Source: Candidatus Pacearchaeota archaeon (GTDB lineage: Archaea > Nanobdellota > Nanobdellia > Pacearchaeales > GW2011-AR1). Taken from it: DNA of 64,000 bases. Below the pieces are notes generated by a model that did no database searches, had not been told where the DNA came from, and was given only the letters and a program-made list of their open reading frames with translations. Below, piece after piece: positions 1 through 9,480 of the stretch (the stretch's first letter is position 1; each line of letters opens with the position of its first letter). The stretch spans positions 24,081 through 88,080 of the forward strand of contig JAGLWM010000002.1 in NCBI GenBank assembly GCA_023133415.1, in the 5' to 3' direction. A program made the translations under genes and the position numbers.

Positions 1-2
1 GG

Positions 3-311
3 AAGACCAAGGTTAAGAGTATAGAGGAATACAACAATCAAATTATTGAACTTTTAGATGTTGTTAATACTTTGACGACGCAGGTTGCGGAATTAAGAAA
101 GAAGGCGGGGATCGGTAAAAATATTCCTCTGAAAAAAAAATTAGTTGCTGATAAAACTTTAGGCACAAAGGTAGTTCCTGTTGCGAAGAAAAAAATTCTG
201 AAAAAACAAAAGGTTGTGTCTGAGGAAAGGGATATTGAACTAGAGCCTCGTAAGCCGAAGATTGATAGAAAAAAAGTTAGTGAAGTAAAGCAGCCAGCCG
301 AAGAAGAGTAG
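3..311 (+). CDS. C-terminal part of a Lys-rich hypothetical protein (frame open to the window edge)
   Basis: The frame of ORF 72..311 has no stop back to position 3; low-complexity Lys/Glu tail. Confidence 0.55.
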   Translation, partial: KTKVKSIEEYNNQIIELLDVVNTLTTQVAELRKKAGIGKNIPLKKKLVADKTLGTKVVPVAKKKILKKQKVVSEERDIELEPRKPKIDRKKVSEVKQPAEEE

Positions 312-325
312 GTCGAAAAAAATGT

Positions 326-3300
326 TTAACTTTTAAGTTTTTCTTTAATCTTTTTTATACGTTCATCTATTAATCGTTCTTTAGGAATTGCTTTTGCTTC
401 TGTAGGAAGTTCTTGTTTTTGTTTTAGGATAGTCAAAATATCGAATTTTTTACGGAGGATGTAGATAACCATTATGAGTACAGCTATCAAAATAATAATT
501 AATATGCATATTGTTATCCAAAACAAATATTTTTTTGTTTCTACGGTGAATATTATATTTTCCAAATCACTTTCAACATCATCTACACATTTATTGGCTT
601 GTTTGAGATTATTTTCTGCATTGATAAAGATTCCTTCTTCAATATCTGCATTTAAAGTAGAAACCATGTTTTCACATTCTTTTAATTTTATTAAAATGCC
701 CCTTTCTTGAGTTTTTATTTTTATGTCTAATATTCGTTTTTGTATATTTTCTATTTCTTTTTGATAATAATTTTTAAAATTCATTACGTTTATTTTAAAT
801 GGCTCTGTGATTGTTATGTTGCCTGTTTTTATTATATAAGCAGATTCTTTTTCTCCGATGAAATCTTTAATAATTAAATTTATTTCGAACTCTTTTATTT
901 CTCCGGGTTTTAGTGTTGATATTATTTGTGGATTTATTAGGTAGTGTGTATCTTCAAGGTTTTGGAGGGTGAGGGTTATGTCTGTTATTTCTTCTTCTCC
1001 GGTATTTTTTATTTTTAGTATTATACTTTTCATGAGATTACTTATAACAGCAATTGTTTTTTCAGAATCATATATTATTAATTTTGGTTCTGTCGTTATT
1101 ATATCTTCTATATCTTCACTAATTGCTCCACCGTTTCCGCCTCCATCTCCTCTACTTGGGCAGATTCCACAATCCGAGGGACATGTTGAGCAGGTTTCAT
1201 CTCCATTACATATTCCATCTCCGCAGAAAATATTTCCTGCCGTTGTGCTAAATATTTTATATGCGCCTGCTCTCTCTGTATCAAGATAATAACCGACGAA
1301 TGTAATTTGCACTTGTCCAACATAATCTGTTGAAGGCTGGATATATTTCGTTATTGGTGCGATTCCTACTGCGAATGTGTCCATTCCTGCATCTAAGATT
1401 TCCTCTGTATCGGTTCTTGTTAGGCTCCATGCTAATGATAAGTCGGTCGGGTTGTTTCCAACATTGTCTGCTGTTACTGAAATATTTAAGTTATTTACAA
1501 CGTTACTAAGTATCTCAATATCGCCGACGTCGAAGAGGGCTCCCACGACTTTCCAGAATTCGTGCGTGTAATATGATATTGATGAAATTGTTGCATTAAT
1601 TATTGTTTCCCATTCTCCTGCCATTGGGGCAGAGCCCACGGAATAAGAATAATTGTAGATGCCAGTTTGTTTTTCTGTCATAGGATTGGTGGGGATGATG
1701 TTGCCTGCCGAGTCATAGATTGTGATTGCGATGGAATCTGGGCTGGTGTATATTCCTGATTGTTTAAAAAATGCTTCTGCATAGTAGGTGCCAGTTGCCT
1801 CTACTTCTGGATAGCCGCTAACCTCAACGGAATAACCGCCTCCGATATCAGATGAGACCTGTAATTCTATGTTGGACGAATTCCACGAGTTTGCGTAGTT
1901 ATCAGTATATGTTATGTTTAGGGAGTATGTTTCTTCTGAGAGAGGAACGGACAAGAACCATATGGTTGTTTTTGTTTGGTCGGCTGTGAAATTTTCCATT
2001 GGCATATTCTGGGGATAGGTGGAGGGAAAAGTAAATCCATCGGGGGTATTGAGATAAGCATAAACATTTTTTAACGGATCTATTGCGGTTAGTTGTCCGG
2101 CTATTTTTATTGTGTGGTATGGTAGTGTTATTGCTGGGGCTGTTTCGTTTTGTGTAGTTGTGTTTGGTTTTGTTACATTAAATTCTTGCCATGCAATCGA
2201 GTTATTAATTTGTTCTAATTTATCTTGCGCGTAAACTTTGAATTTGTATGTTCCGACCATAGGAGCGATAAAGGATGTGTTGAATGAGGTTGTGCTTGTG
2301 TTTGACATTGTTATATTTATTGAAGTATAATTGAAGGATACCCATGCGGTGTCCATGTTTGCATCGGATATTGTTGCCGAGATTATTACCTGTTCGCCTG
2401 ATGTTATATTGGAGTCTATTTGGAGGTTTGTTATTTGAGGTGCTTCATAATCTATTATGCTTTTGACGTCGAAACTTGAGTCTGAAGAATCGGTTGTGAC
2501 TGAACGTGAATCGTTCAAAATTATTGTTAGGTAATATGTGCCATATACTCCTGTGCTGTTCCAAGAGTATGTGCAGTTATTTGTTGTAGCGGTATCTGAA
2601 TCGCTATCGGTGCAATAGTTTGTTAAATTAATGTTTGATGCTATTATATTTGTCGTGGAATTTTGTGATTCTCCATAATAGATGTTTGCTGTGAGAGCGT
2701 TTGAATTGGGGTCAGAGACATTAAATATTATTGGATAGTTTCCCTGAGATTGGTTCACCGTTTCTTCTCCATTTGGCTGAATGATATTTATAATTGGTGG
2801 ATGGTTTGCGTGGAAGTAATTTTCTGAGGATATTGAAGAGCAATTGTTTGCGTCACAGACTGCGACCCAGAAACTTGTTGTTGTGTTGTCTGCTGATATG
2901 ATTGTGTAGGAGCATGTTATGGGATTTGTTTGTGCGAGAGTGGTGCTACAGAATGTTTTATCGGTACATCCTTCTGAGAATGTTATAGTTGAAGAATTGC
3001 ATACGTATGCTTGTGTATCATCTGATTCGAGGTCTGTCCAATCGATTGTGAAAGTTACATCTTCTCCTACTCCTTTTGGGTTTGTTGGGGTTGTATCTGT
3101 TGCTATATTGTCTATTGTCGGGGCTGCGTTTGCAACGTGTTCTATTATTATTTGCGGTCTTTGTGATGATGTTGTTGAATCTGATGAAGAAATTTTTGAG
3201 TAGTTTCCTGCGGAGGTATTTGATGCTATTAAGATAATTCCGTAATTATTTGAAGTGCCGTCGATCCAGTCTCTTGCGAGTTCGGTTATTGTGAAGTTGT

Positions 3301-3793
3301 AGTAGTTTCCTGAGGAGTTGAGAAAGATTTGTGTGTCTATCTCGGTTGAGTCGTAGTCGCCTCCGGCTGATGACCAAAGGGACGAGCTTGTTTTATTATT
3401 CCATGATGTTTTTGATTCAATCCATTCAGATGTTAGTTGATAGGCTTTAATGGTTATATTTGAACTTCCTGCAGTAGTTTCTAAATATACCTGAATTATT
3501 GCATCTGTTATTGTGTCTGTTTGTGGGATTGATGAGAGGTTGAATTGCAGGATGGCACGGAATTCTTTATTGGCAGCCGTTTTTCCTATACTTAGTGTCG
3601 TTGCTGTCGGGAAATTGTTATTTGGAAAATCTTCTCTGATATAGGTGTCTTTGCCTTCTGTCGCGTCTGGTTGAGAATTAAAAACAACATGTCCCACTAG
3701 GCCTTGTGGAATTTGTGTAAAAGATATTATTAAAAATCCTAAAATGAATATTAAAAATCCTAAAATAAGTGTAGTTTTTTTTCTTTTTTCCAT
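326..3793 (-). CDS. Large surface protein: DNRLRE-like N-terminal domain, Ig-like repeats, Cys-rich motif, coiled coil, C-terminal TM anchor
   Basis: N-terminal signal/TM; DTYIRE...RAILQFNLSSIP...WNN...RPQIIIE pattern of DNRLRE domains; CGDGICNGDETCSTCPSDC; hydrophobic C-terminal helix. Confidence 0.75.
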   Translation of the reverse strand: MEKRKKTTLILGFLIFILGFLIISFTQIPQGLVGHVVFNSQPDATEGKDTYIREDFPNNNFPTATTLSIGKTAANKEFRAILQFNLSSIPQTDTITDAIIQVYLETTAGSSNITIKAYQLTSEWIESKTSWNNKTSSSLWSSAGGDYDSTEIDTQIFLNSSGNYYNFTITELARDWIDGTSNNYGIILIASNTSAGNYSKISSSDSTTSSQRPQIIIEHVANAAPTIDNIATDTTPTNPKGVGEDVTFTIDWTDLESDDTQAYVCNSSTITFSEGCTDKTFCSTTLAQTNPITCSYTIISADNTTTSFWVAVCDANNCSSISSENYFHANHPPIINIIQPNGEETVNQSQGNYPIIFNVSDPNSNALTANIYYGESQNSTTNIIASNINLTNYCTDSDSDTATTNNCTYSWNSTGVYGTYYLTIILNDSRSVTTDSSDSSFDVKSIIDYEAPQITNLQIDSNITSGEQVIISATISDANMDTAWVSFNYTSINITMSNTSTTSFNTSFIAPMVGTYKFKVYAQDKLEQINNSIAWQEFNVTKPNTTTQNETAPAITLPYHTIKIAGQLTAIDPLKNVYAYLNTPDGFTFPSTYPQNMPMENFTADQTKTTIWFLSVPLSEETYSLNITYTDNYANSWNSSNIELQVSSDIGGGYSVEVSGYPEVEATGTYYAEAFFKQSGIYTSPDSIAITIYDSAGNIIPTNPMTEKQTGIYNYSYSVGSAPMAGEWETIINATISSISYYTHEFWKVVGALFDVGDIEILSNVVNNLNISVTADNVGNNPTDLSLAWSLTRTDTEEILDAGMDTFAVGIAPITKYIQPSTDYVGQVQITFVGYYLDTERAGAYKIFSTTAGNIFCGDGICNGDETCSTCPSDCGICPSRGDGGGNGGAISEDIEDIITTEPKLIIYDSEKTIAVISNLMKSIILKIKNTGEEEITDITLTLQNLEDTHYLINPQIISTLKPGEIKEFEINLIIKDFIGEKESAYIIKTGNITITEPFKINVMNFKNYYQKEIENIQKRILDIKIKTQERGILIKLKECENMVSTLNADIEEGIFINAENNLKQANKCVDDVESDLENIIFTVETKKYLFWITICILIIILIAVLIMVIYILRKKFDILTILKQKQELPTEAKAIPKERLIDERIKKIKEKLKS

Positions 3794-3892
3794 CCAGTAT
3801 ATAAGAGAGGAGATATTTTTAAAAGCTTTTACTTCACTATATTACTAATTGCTATAAGTGATATTAGAAGTACTCCGAATAATGCCGTATTT

Positions 3893-4216
3893 CTATTTTA
3901 GTTTTACTGCGGTTCCGTAGGCCAACATTTCGGATGCTCCTTGCATTATCATGGAGGTCGAAAATCTGACTCCGATTATTGCGTCGGCACCCATATCTAT
4001 TGCTTCGTTTATCATTCGGTTGAAGGCTTCTTCTCTTGCTTGGGTTGTCATTTTGGTGTATGTTTTTATTTCTCCGCCCACAATTGTTTTAAGTCCAGCT
4101 AGAATGTCTCGTCCGACATGGCGTGCTCGGATTGTGTTGCCTTTTGCAATTCCTAGAATTTTTGTAACCTTTTTTCTTGGTATTTCTAGTCCCGTTGTTG
4201 TTATTAATTCTTTCAT
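3893..4216 (-). CDS. UPF0145/YbjQ family putative heavy-metal-binding protein
   Basis: GRDILAGLKTIVGGEI..YT...AREEA..RM...A...GADAIIGVRF...AYGTAV signature. Confidence 0.92.
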   Translation of the reverse strand: MKELITTTGLEIPRKKVTKILGIAKGNTIRARHVGRDILAGLKTIVGGEIKTYTKMTTQAREEAFNRMINEAIDMGADAIIGVRFSTSMIMQGASEMLAYGTAVKLK

Positions 4217-4296
4217 TGATTTCTTTCTTTTTTAGAAAAAAAGAAATTTCTCGCAAGTAGAAAAAACTTCTTTTCCAAAACTATGCTTTGATTCAT
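4213..4296 (-). repeat. Family A start-codon-abutting repeat, copy 1; encodes MNQSIVLEKKFFLLARNFFFSKKERNQ
   Basis: Near-identical to copies at 6181, 6271 and 59228. Its ATG overlaps the upstream TGA (4293-4296) and its TGA overlaps the YbjQ ATG (4213-4216). Confidence 0.9.
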
Positions 4297-4466
4297 TTTT
4301 CTTTATCCCTCCTTTTTTCTATTTTGTCTTCTTCTTTGCGGAATAAAATAAGGGTGATTCCAATGAGCGTTGGGATTAGGGCGGGGATTATCGCGGAGGT
4401 TTTTATAAAAATGATTATTCCGAGGATTATCCCGGCAATTCCTAAGAAAATTGATTCTTTTGTCAT
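4293..4466 (-). CDS. Small two-TM membrane protein (likely start MTKESIF)
   Basis: Two hydrophobic segments and a charged tail; the longer ORF-track extension runs through a family B repeat. Confidence 0.65.
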   Translation of the reverse strand: MTKESIFLGIAGIILGIIIFIKTSAIIPALIPTLIGITLILFRKEEDKIEKRRDKEK

Positions 4467-4562
4467 GGTTTGGTTTAGTTGTTTTAGTTTATAAGTTTTA
4501 GGTAGGGAAAAACTTTGTTTTTCAGTTGGTAGTTGGTAGTACGCTTCGCTTGTGGTGGTTTG

Positions 4563-4668
4563 TTGCGGTCGCTCGGCACATCCCAAATTGCTTGGCAGTT
4601 CTGCACACCCCAAATTGCGGAGTCTTGGAGCGAGTGTCGGGGCGAATGTGGGGCATGGTTGTTCCGCG
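4563..4668 (+). repeat. Family B GC-rich hairpin repeat (long form)
   Basis: GCGGTCGCTCGGCACATCCCAAATTGCTTGGCAGTTCTGCACACCCCAAATTGCGGAGTCTTGGAGCG; similar to 8143, 56349 and 58461. Confidence 0.85.
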
Positions 4669-4679
4669 TGACTTGGCAA

Positions 4680-5870
4680 CTAAAAAGGTAAGTAAAAAAT
4701 TATTGTGGGTATTAATATTGCGCTCATAAGGAAGCTTCTTCGGGTTTGAAATTCGATGCAGGTAAGGCCGAGTGCTGTTGCGGTTGTTAAGATTATTAGG
4801 CCTTGAATTCCTGTGAAGTAGGTTGTGATTATTATTAGGAAAATTAGGATGATGGTTGATATTTTTGTGTAGGGGATTTTGTGGATTTTTGTCGCGATTA
4901 TTTTTGAAATTTTTAGGGAGAGTGGTATTGTGAGGAGGGATGCCATTATGATTGTTGCTAGAATTGTTACGAGGTTTGTTGTTGTGAGGCTTGTGATTTG
5001 AGAGATTGCGAAGGCTGTTCCTGTTCGGGATTTTTGGAAGAGGTAGAGTGTGACGAATGAGATTGACATAACGAGTGTGTTGATGGAGCCGAGGAGAATT
5101 AAGAATTGTTCGCGGTTTAGTTTTTTTGTTATTGTGGATCCGATGATTGCGGCTTGGCTACTTCCGAGTCCTGGGAAAAATGAACAGATTGGAGAGATTA
5201 AGATTGTTGCTATTGTTGGTTTAATAATTTCTTTTTTGTCGATTTTTAGTTTTTCGATTTTCTGTGGTGGAAGAATTGTTTTGGATTTGATAGAGTGAAT
5301 TATTGTGGAGGTTCCGAAGAGGCCGGTTAGGAGGGGGAGAAGGGGTTGGGATATTCCGAGATTAAAGCTACTCAGCCCGAGGAATCCAGCGAGAGTGAAT
5401 ATGAGGATTGCTTTTATTTTGGATTTTTTTTCGTTATAGATTAGAAAGATTGCGATCCAGATTAGGCTGAATCCCATCATGCGTTGGATGAAAGGGTAGA
5501 GCTTTGGCATAAGGATTATGAAGATTGGGATAATGAGAATGAGGGAGATGATTGCGATGGTTGACCCAAGGAGGGTTAGCTTTAGGGCGTGGTGACCTTT
5601 GCCCTCGAGAAGGAGTTCGTGTCCCGGGAGAGTTCCTAAGCAGGTGTCTTCGTTTGGGGCTCCAAGAAAAATTGCTGGGATGAAGTCGATGAATGTGTGG
5701 GTTATTGCCATTGCGGTTAGGAAGATTAGGAGGGTTGTTGTTGGAAGATTTTGGATGAAGGATATGGCAAGAATGAAGATTGCGATGAGGTTGATGTGGA
5801 TTCCGGGGATGAGGCCGGTGATTGTGCCAGAGAGGATGCCAATTATAAGCGGAATGATTAATTCTATCAT
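4680..5870 (-). CDS. TctA-family (tripartite tricarboxylate transporter permease-like) membrane protein
   Basis: GLIPGIHIN, THTFIDFIPAIFLGAP, LPGH, PLLTGLFG motifs; multiple TMs. Confidence 0.85.
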   Translation of the reverse strand: MIELIIPLIIGILSGTITGLIPGIHINLIAIFILAISFIQNLPTTTLLIFLTAMAITHTFIDFIPAIFLGAPNEDTCLGTLPGHELLLEGKGHHALKLTLLGSTIAIISLILIIPIFIILMPKLYPFIQRMMGFSLIWIAIFLIYNEKKSKIKAILIFTLAGFLGLSSFNLGISQPLLPLLTGLFGTSTIIHSIKSKTILPPQKIEKLKIDKKEIIKPTIATILISPICSFFPGLGSSQAAIIGSTITKKLNREQFLILLGSINTLVMSISFVTLYLFQKSRTGTAFAISQITSLTTTNLVTILATIIMASLLTIPLSLKISKIIATKIHKIPYTKISTIILIFLIIITTYFTGIQGLIILTTATALGLTCIEFQTRRSFLMSAILIPTIIFYLPF

Positions 5871-6184
5871 TTATTTTGTGGAAGGATGTTGTTATTAATG
5901 TTGTTGGAGATTTTGGATAATTTGCTAATGATGATTTGTTTTTTGTTTTTGTAGGTATCAGGTTTGCCTTGGAATTTTATCGTGTCGCCTTTTTTGAGGC
6001 TGATGAAGGAAGTATCGAAGAGGATTAGTTCCGTTTTTATATTCTCAAGTTGTATTGTTATTTTGTTGTTTGATGGATTTATGGATTGTATTGTTCCAGT
6101 TTGTGTTGGTTTTGTTTGGGAGAGGAAAATGAGGGTTAGGATTCCGAGGAGGGTTAGAATGAGGGTTAGCTTTTGAAGATTCAT
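5867..6184 (-). CDS. Membrane-anchored OB-fold protein
   Basis: N-terminal TM, then TGTI...LKKGDTIKFQGK..YKNKKQII OB-fold-like pattern. Confidence 0.6.
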   Translation of the reverse strand: MNLQKLTLILTLLGILTLIFLSQTKPTQTGTIQSINPSNNKITIQLENIKTELILFDTSFISLKKGDTIKFQGKPDTYKNKKQIIISKLSKISNNINNNILPQNK

Positions 6185-6481
6185 TGATTTCTTTCTTTTT
6201 TAGAAAAAAAGAAATTTCTCGCAAGTAGAAAAAACTTCCTTTCCAAAACTTCGTTTTGATTTAATTCCATGATTTCTTTCTTTTTTAGAAAAAAAGAAAT
6301 TTCTCGCAAGTAGAAAAAACTTCCTTTCCAAAACTTCGTTTTGATTTAATTCCATGATTTCTTTCTTTTTAGGCAGTTCTGCAGACCCCTAATGTTTGAA
6401 CTCTGGGGCCAAAAAAGAAATTTCTCGCAAGTAGAAAAACTTAATTTCCAAAAATTTATTTTTATAGTCAATTTTTGCCAT
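6181..6481 (-). repeat. Family A repeat, tandem array of three (third copy degenerate, with a family B insertion at ~6372-6410)
   Basis: 85-nt periodicity over 6186-6355. Copy 6181-6270 encodes MELNQNEVLERKFFLLARNFFFSKKERNQ* overlapping the downstream ATG. The ATG at 6479-6481 overlaps the GTPase TAA. Confidence 0.9.
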
Positions 6482-7395
6482 TATCTTGTTTGGAATTCTA
6501 TTATGTCTTTGTCTTTTAGTATGTGGTCTAGTCCAATTACTTGACCGCCGAATTTTGATGAGGGTCCCCATACTTTTGCTCGTTTAATTTTTTTTGACAT
6601 TCCTTTTAGGATTTTTTCTGCGGCGTCGTGGAAAGTTGTATCTTTTTTTAGTATCATTGGCTCTTTGCTAGGATCCTTTTTCGGTTCTTTTGTATAGACT
6701 CGGATGATTGGGAATGTTTCGAAGATTTTTTGTTTTAAATGTTTTAGTTGTATTTTAGTTGGAGAGTTTGAAAAGAAAACATAGGAGAGATTCTTGTATT
6801 TTGATTTTAGTGTTGCTTCAATTTTTCGCTTTTCCTTTTCTGAGAGGAGGTCTTCTTTATTGTAAATTATAATTATTTTTGCGTGGGTTCTGTAGATGTG
6901 TTTTTCGGCTTTTTTGATTTGATCGAGGTTGTCGATTATGAGGAGGAGGGTATCTGTTGAGTTGATGAGTGATTTGTCGTGATTTGGAAAAGAGGGTTGG
7001 TCGATGATCTGGATTAATGCGTCTTCGAAATGGAAGGTTCCGAGTTGATGTCGGTGAGTTGTGAAGGGATAGGGGGAGGTTTTAGTTTCTTGGTTTGTTA
7101 GAGTTTTGAAGATTGTTGATTTGCCGGTGTTTGGGAATCCTGCGAGGACGCATTGCATGTCGGCTTTTTTGATTCCGATTTGTGTTGATTTGCCAGATTT
7201 TTTTTGTTTGGCTATGGAGGTTTTTAGTTTTTTGTAACGATTGGTTAGATTTTTTCGCATGTTTTCAGAGGATTTGTGTTTTGGGACTTCTTTCATCATA
7301 ATTTCTAGGTATGCGAGTCTTTCTTCGTCTGTTGTTGCTTCTTGGAATTCCTGCTCGGCTTTTTGGTAGAATGGGGATTGGTTTGTTGATGCTAT
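6481..7395 (-). CDS. OBG-family DRG/Rbg-like GTPase with C-terminal TGS domain (expected start codon reads ATA)
   Basis: GFPNTGKS, YPFTT, IQIID and NKED G-motifs; IRVYTKEP...AKVWGPSSKFGGQVIGLDHILKDKDIIE TGS. Confidence 0.88.
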   Translation of the reverse strand: MASTNQSPFYQKAEQEFQEATTDEERLAYLEIMMKEVPKHKSSENMRKNLTNRYKKLKTSIAKQKKSGKSTQIGIKKADMQCVLAGFPNTGKSTIFKTLTNQETKTSPYPFTTHRHQLGTFHFEDALIQIIDQPSFPNHDKSLINSTDTLLLIIDNLDQIKKAEKHIYRTHAKIIIIYNKEDLLSEKEKRKIEATLKSKYKNLSYVFFSNSPTKIQLKHLKQKIFETFPIIRVYTKEPKKDPSKEPMILKKDTTFHDAAEKILKGMSKKIKRAKVWGPSSKFGGQVIGLDHILKDKDIIEFQTR

Positions 7396-7504
7396 GATTT
7401 CTTTCTCTTTAGAAAAAATTTCTCTTCCACCCAAAATGGCGTACCTCTGTTGAGGCAAAGTAGAGAAACTTATTTTCCAAAACTGCGTTTTGATTTAGTT
7501 CCAT
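7396..7504 (-). repeat. Family A repeat with internal GC-rich insertion; encodes MELNQNAVLENKFLYFASTEVRHFGWKRNFF
   Basis: ATGGAACTAAATCAAAAC...TTGGAAA...TTTTCTAAAGAGAAAGAAATC on the - strand, directly before the GTPase. Confidence 0.85.
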
Positions 7505-7607
7505 GATTTCTTTAATACTGGAAGGTTTAAGAGAGTTGTGTCGGCGGCGAGGTGTTTGGGTAATGGGTTTTAGTAAGGTTATTAAATGTGTATGTTTTTA
7601 GAAACTT

Positions 7608-8036
7608 ATGGAGAAGGCGGTTATTTGGTTGAGTGTTTTTATTTTGTTGATTGGGGGAGTTGTAGCGCAGGATGGTTGGGGAGAGATTAATATTGAGGAT
7701 TCGGGGGTTGATGCTCAGATGCCAGGTGAGATGCCAAGTGAGATGCCAGGTGAAATGCCAGGTGAGATGCCAGGTGAGATGCCAGGTGAGATGCCAGGTG
7801 AGATGCCAGGTGAGATGCCAAGTGAGATGCCAGGTGAGGCGGTAGAGGGTGAGGTGCAACAAGAGGTTTTATTGCCTGACGAAAGGGGGGATGGGGAACG
7901 GGTAGCAGTGTCAGGGAATGGGAAATTTTATACTACGGATTTTTATATTGCCTTAGGGATAGGTCTTTTTATTTTAGTTGTAATTGGTATTGTGATTTTC
8001 TTTTTGATTCGAGGACCAAAGAATAAGTGGAAGTAG
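7608..8036 (+). CDS. Small secreted/membrane-anchored protein with (EMPG)n repeat
   Basis: Signal peptide, ten tetrapeptide repeats, C-terminal TM and basic tail. Confidence 0.75.
   Translation: MEKAVIWLSVFILLIGGVVAQDGWGEINIEDSGVDAQMPGEMPSEMPGEMPGEMPGEMPGEMPGEMPGEMPSEMPGEAVEGEVQQEVLLPDERGDGERVAVSGNGKFYTTDFYIALGIGLFILVVIGIVIFFLIRGPKNKWK
7716..7838 (+). repeat. Coding 12-bp tandem repeat (GAGATGCCAGGT) x~10
   Basis: Directly visible. Confidence 0.95.
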
Positions 8037-8049
8037 GGGTTCACTTTAT

Positions 8050-8128
8050 GGAAAGGTTCAGCTTTGCTGGAAAGGCTTAATCGCTGTTGCGATTGGAAAA
8101 GCTCATGCTTTGCGTGGGGGCTTGGCTG
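8050..8128 (+). repeat. Family D intergenic repeat
   Basis: TTCAGCTTTGCTGGAAAGG...TCATGCTT.GC.TGG.GGCTTGG shared with 25236-25298. Confidence 0.7.
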
Positions 8129-8142
8129 TTAGTGGTTTAAAT

Positions 8143-8239
8143 GTTGCGGTCGCTTGGCATATTCCTAATTGCTTGGCAGTTCTGCGTACCTCAAATTGCG
8201 GAGTATCGGGGTGAATAAAGGGGTACGGTTTGTCCGCGT
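8143..8239 (+). repeat. Family B GC-rich repeat (long form)
   Basis: GTTGCGGTCGCTTGGCATATTCCTAATTGCTTGGCAGTTCTGCGTACCTCAAATTGCGGAGT; collinear with 4563-4668. Confidence 0.85.
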
Positions 8240-8287
8240 TAAGAAAAGATTAGTAAAGTTGTTAAATTGAGGTTTCTTTTTAATCTT

Positions 8288-8956
8288 ATGAAGCTGGGTA
8301 TTTTGTTTAGTGGAGGGAAGGATTCGACTTTGGCAGTTTGGATTGCGAAGAAAGAGGGTTATGAATTAGGATGTTTGATTTCGGTTGTTTCTAGAAATAA
8401 GGAGAGTTTTATGTTTCATGTGCCGTCGATTAAGAGTGTTGTGGCGCAGGCGGATGTTATGGGAGTGCCTTTGATTTTGAAGGAGACCACAGGGGTTAGG
8501 GAGAAAGAGCTAATAGATTTGGATATCGCTATTGAGGAGGCTCGGGATAGATTTGGAATTGAGGGCGTCGTGACGGGGGCTGTTTGTTCAGTTTATCAGG
8601 CTTCGAGAGTTCAGAAGATTTGTAATAAGTTGGGACTAGAATGCTTTAATCCTCTTTGGCAAAAGGATCAGGTTGAGTTGTTGAGGGAGTTGATTGCGGA
8701 AAAATTTGAAGTGATTGTTGTTGGTGTTGCGGCTTATCCTTTGGATGAAAAGTTTTTAGGGAGGGAAGTTGATAGTGAGTTTATTAATGAGATGGTGAGG
8801 CTGAAGGAGAAGTTTGATATTAATCCGGCTGGAGAGGGTGGAGAATTTGAGAGTTTTGTTTTGGATTGTCCTTTGTTTGAGAGGGGATTAGAGGTGAAGA
8901 GTTTTGAGGATTTTGGGGAGGGGAATTCTTGGAGAAGGGAGATTGAGACAGAATGA
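8288..8956 (+). CDS. dph6: Diphthine--ammonia ligase / PP-loop ATP pyrophosphatase
   Basis: LFSGGKDS, SFMFH, YQASRV..IC..LGL....PLW, GEGGEFES motifs. Confidence 0.85.
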   Translation: MKLGILFSGGKDSTLAVWIAKKEGYELGCLISVVSRNKESFMFHVPSIKSVVAQADVMGVPLILKETTGVREKELIDLDIAIEEARDRFGIEGVVTGAVCSVYQASRVQKICNKLGLECFNPLWQKDQVELLRELIAEKFEVIVVGVAAYPLDEKFLGREVDSEFINEMVRLKEKFDINPAGEGGEFESFVLDCPLFERGLEVKSFEDFGEGNSWRREIETE

Positions 8957-9480
8957 TATTGATTGTTAATGTTTGTTCTGAGAAATTGCATTATTATGAG
9001 TTTGTGAAGCCAATCGAGGATATTTTGAAAGAGGACTTTTTTGTGAAGCATTATTCTGAGTTGAATGATAGCGATTTGGTTAGGGCTGACAGGGTGATTA
9101 TTTGTGGAACGAGTTTGGGAGATGATTCGTTTTTGAAGGATTTGGAAAAATTTAATTGGATTAAAAATTTTGATAAGCCGTTGCTTGGGATTTGTGCCGG
9201 GTTTCAGATTTTGGGTTTGGTTTTTGGTGGAGAATTAAAAAAGAAATTAGAGATTGGATTTTTTCGTGAGACTTTTGAGAAAGAGTTTTTAGGATTAGAG
9301 GGAGACGTTGAAGTTTATCATTTGCATAATAATTATGTTGAGTTTGGGGGAGAGTTTGAGATTTTTGCCGGGAAGAGTTTTCCGCAGGCTGTGAGGTTTA
9401 GGGGCAAGGATTTTTATGGGGTTTTGTTTCATCCGGAAGTTAGGCAGAAAGAAATGATTTTGAGGTTTGTTGGAAAATGA
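8953..9480 (+). CDS. Class I glutamine amidotransferase (GMP synthase subunit A-like)
   Basis: PLLGICAGFQ nucleophile motif and FHPE. Confidence 0.85.
   Translation: MILIVNVCSEKLHYYEFVKPIEDILKEDFFVKHYSELNDSDLVRADRVIICGTSLGDDSFLKDLEKFNWIKNFDKPLLGICAGFQILGLVFGGELKKKLEIGFFRETFEKEFLGLEGDVEVYHLHNNYVEFGGEFEIFAGKSFPQAVRFRGKDFYGVLFHPEVRQKEMILRFVGK

Noticed and set aside
4467-4729. N-terminal extension of 4293..4679 and ORF 4526..4729
   Set aside because: Both are translations of the family B repeat in an intergenic region
6181-6481. CRISPR array
   Set aside because: Units are 85-nt tandem copies with no unique spacers, and no cas1/cas2 or effector genes are in the window
7527-7862. ORF with (LTWH)n repeats
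   Set aside because: Antisense shadow of the (EMPG)n gene, which has a coherent signal peptide and TM anchor
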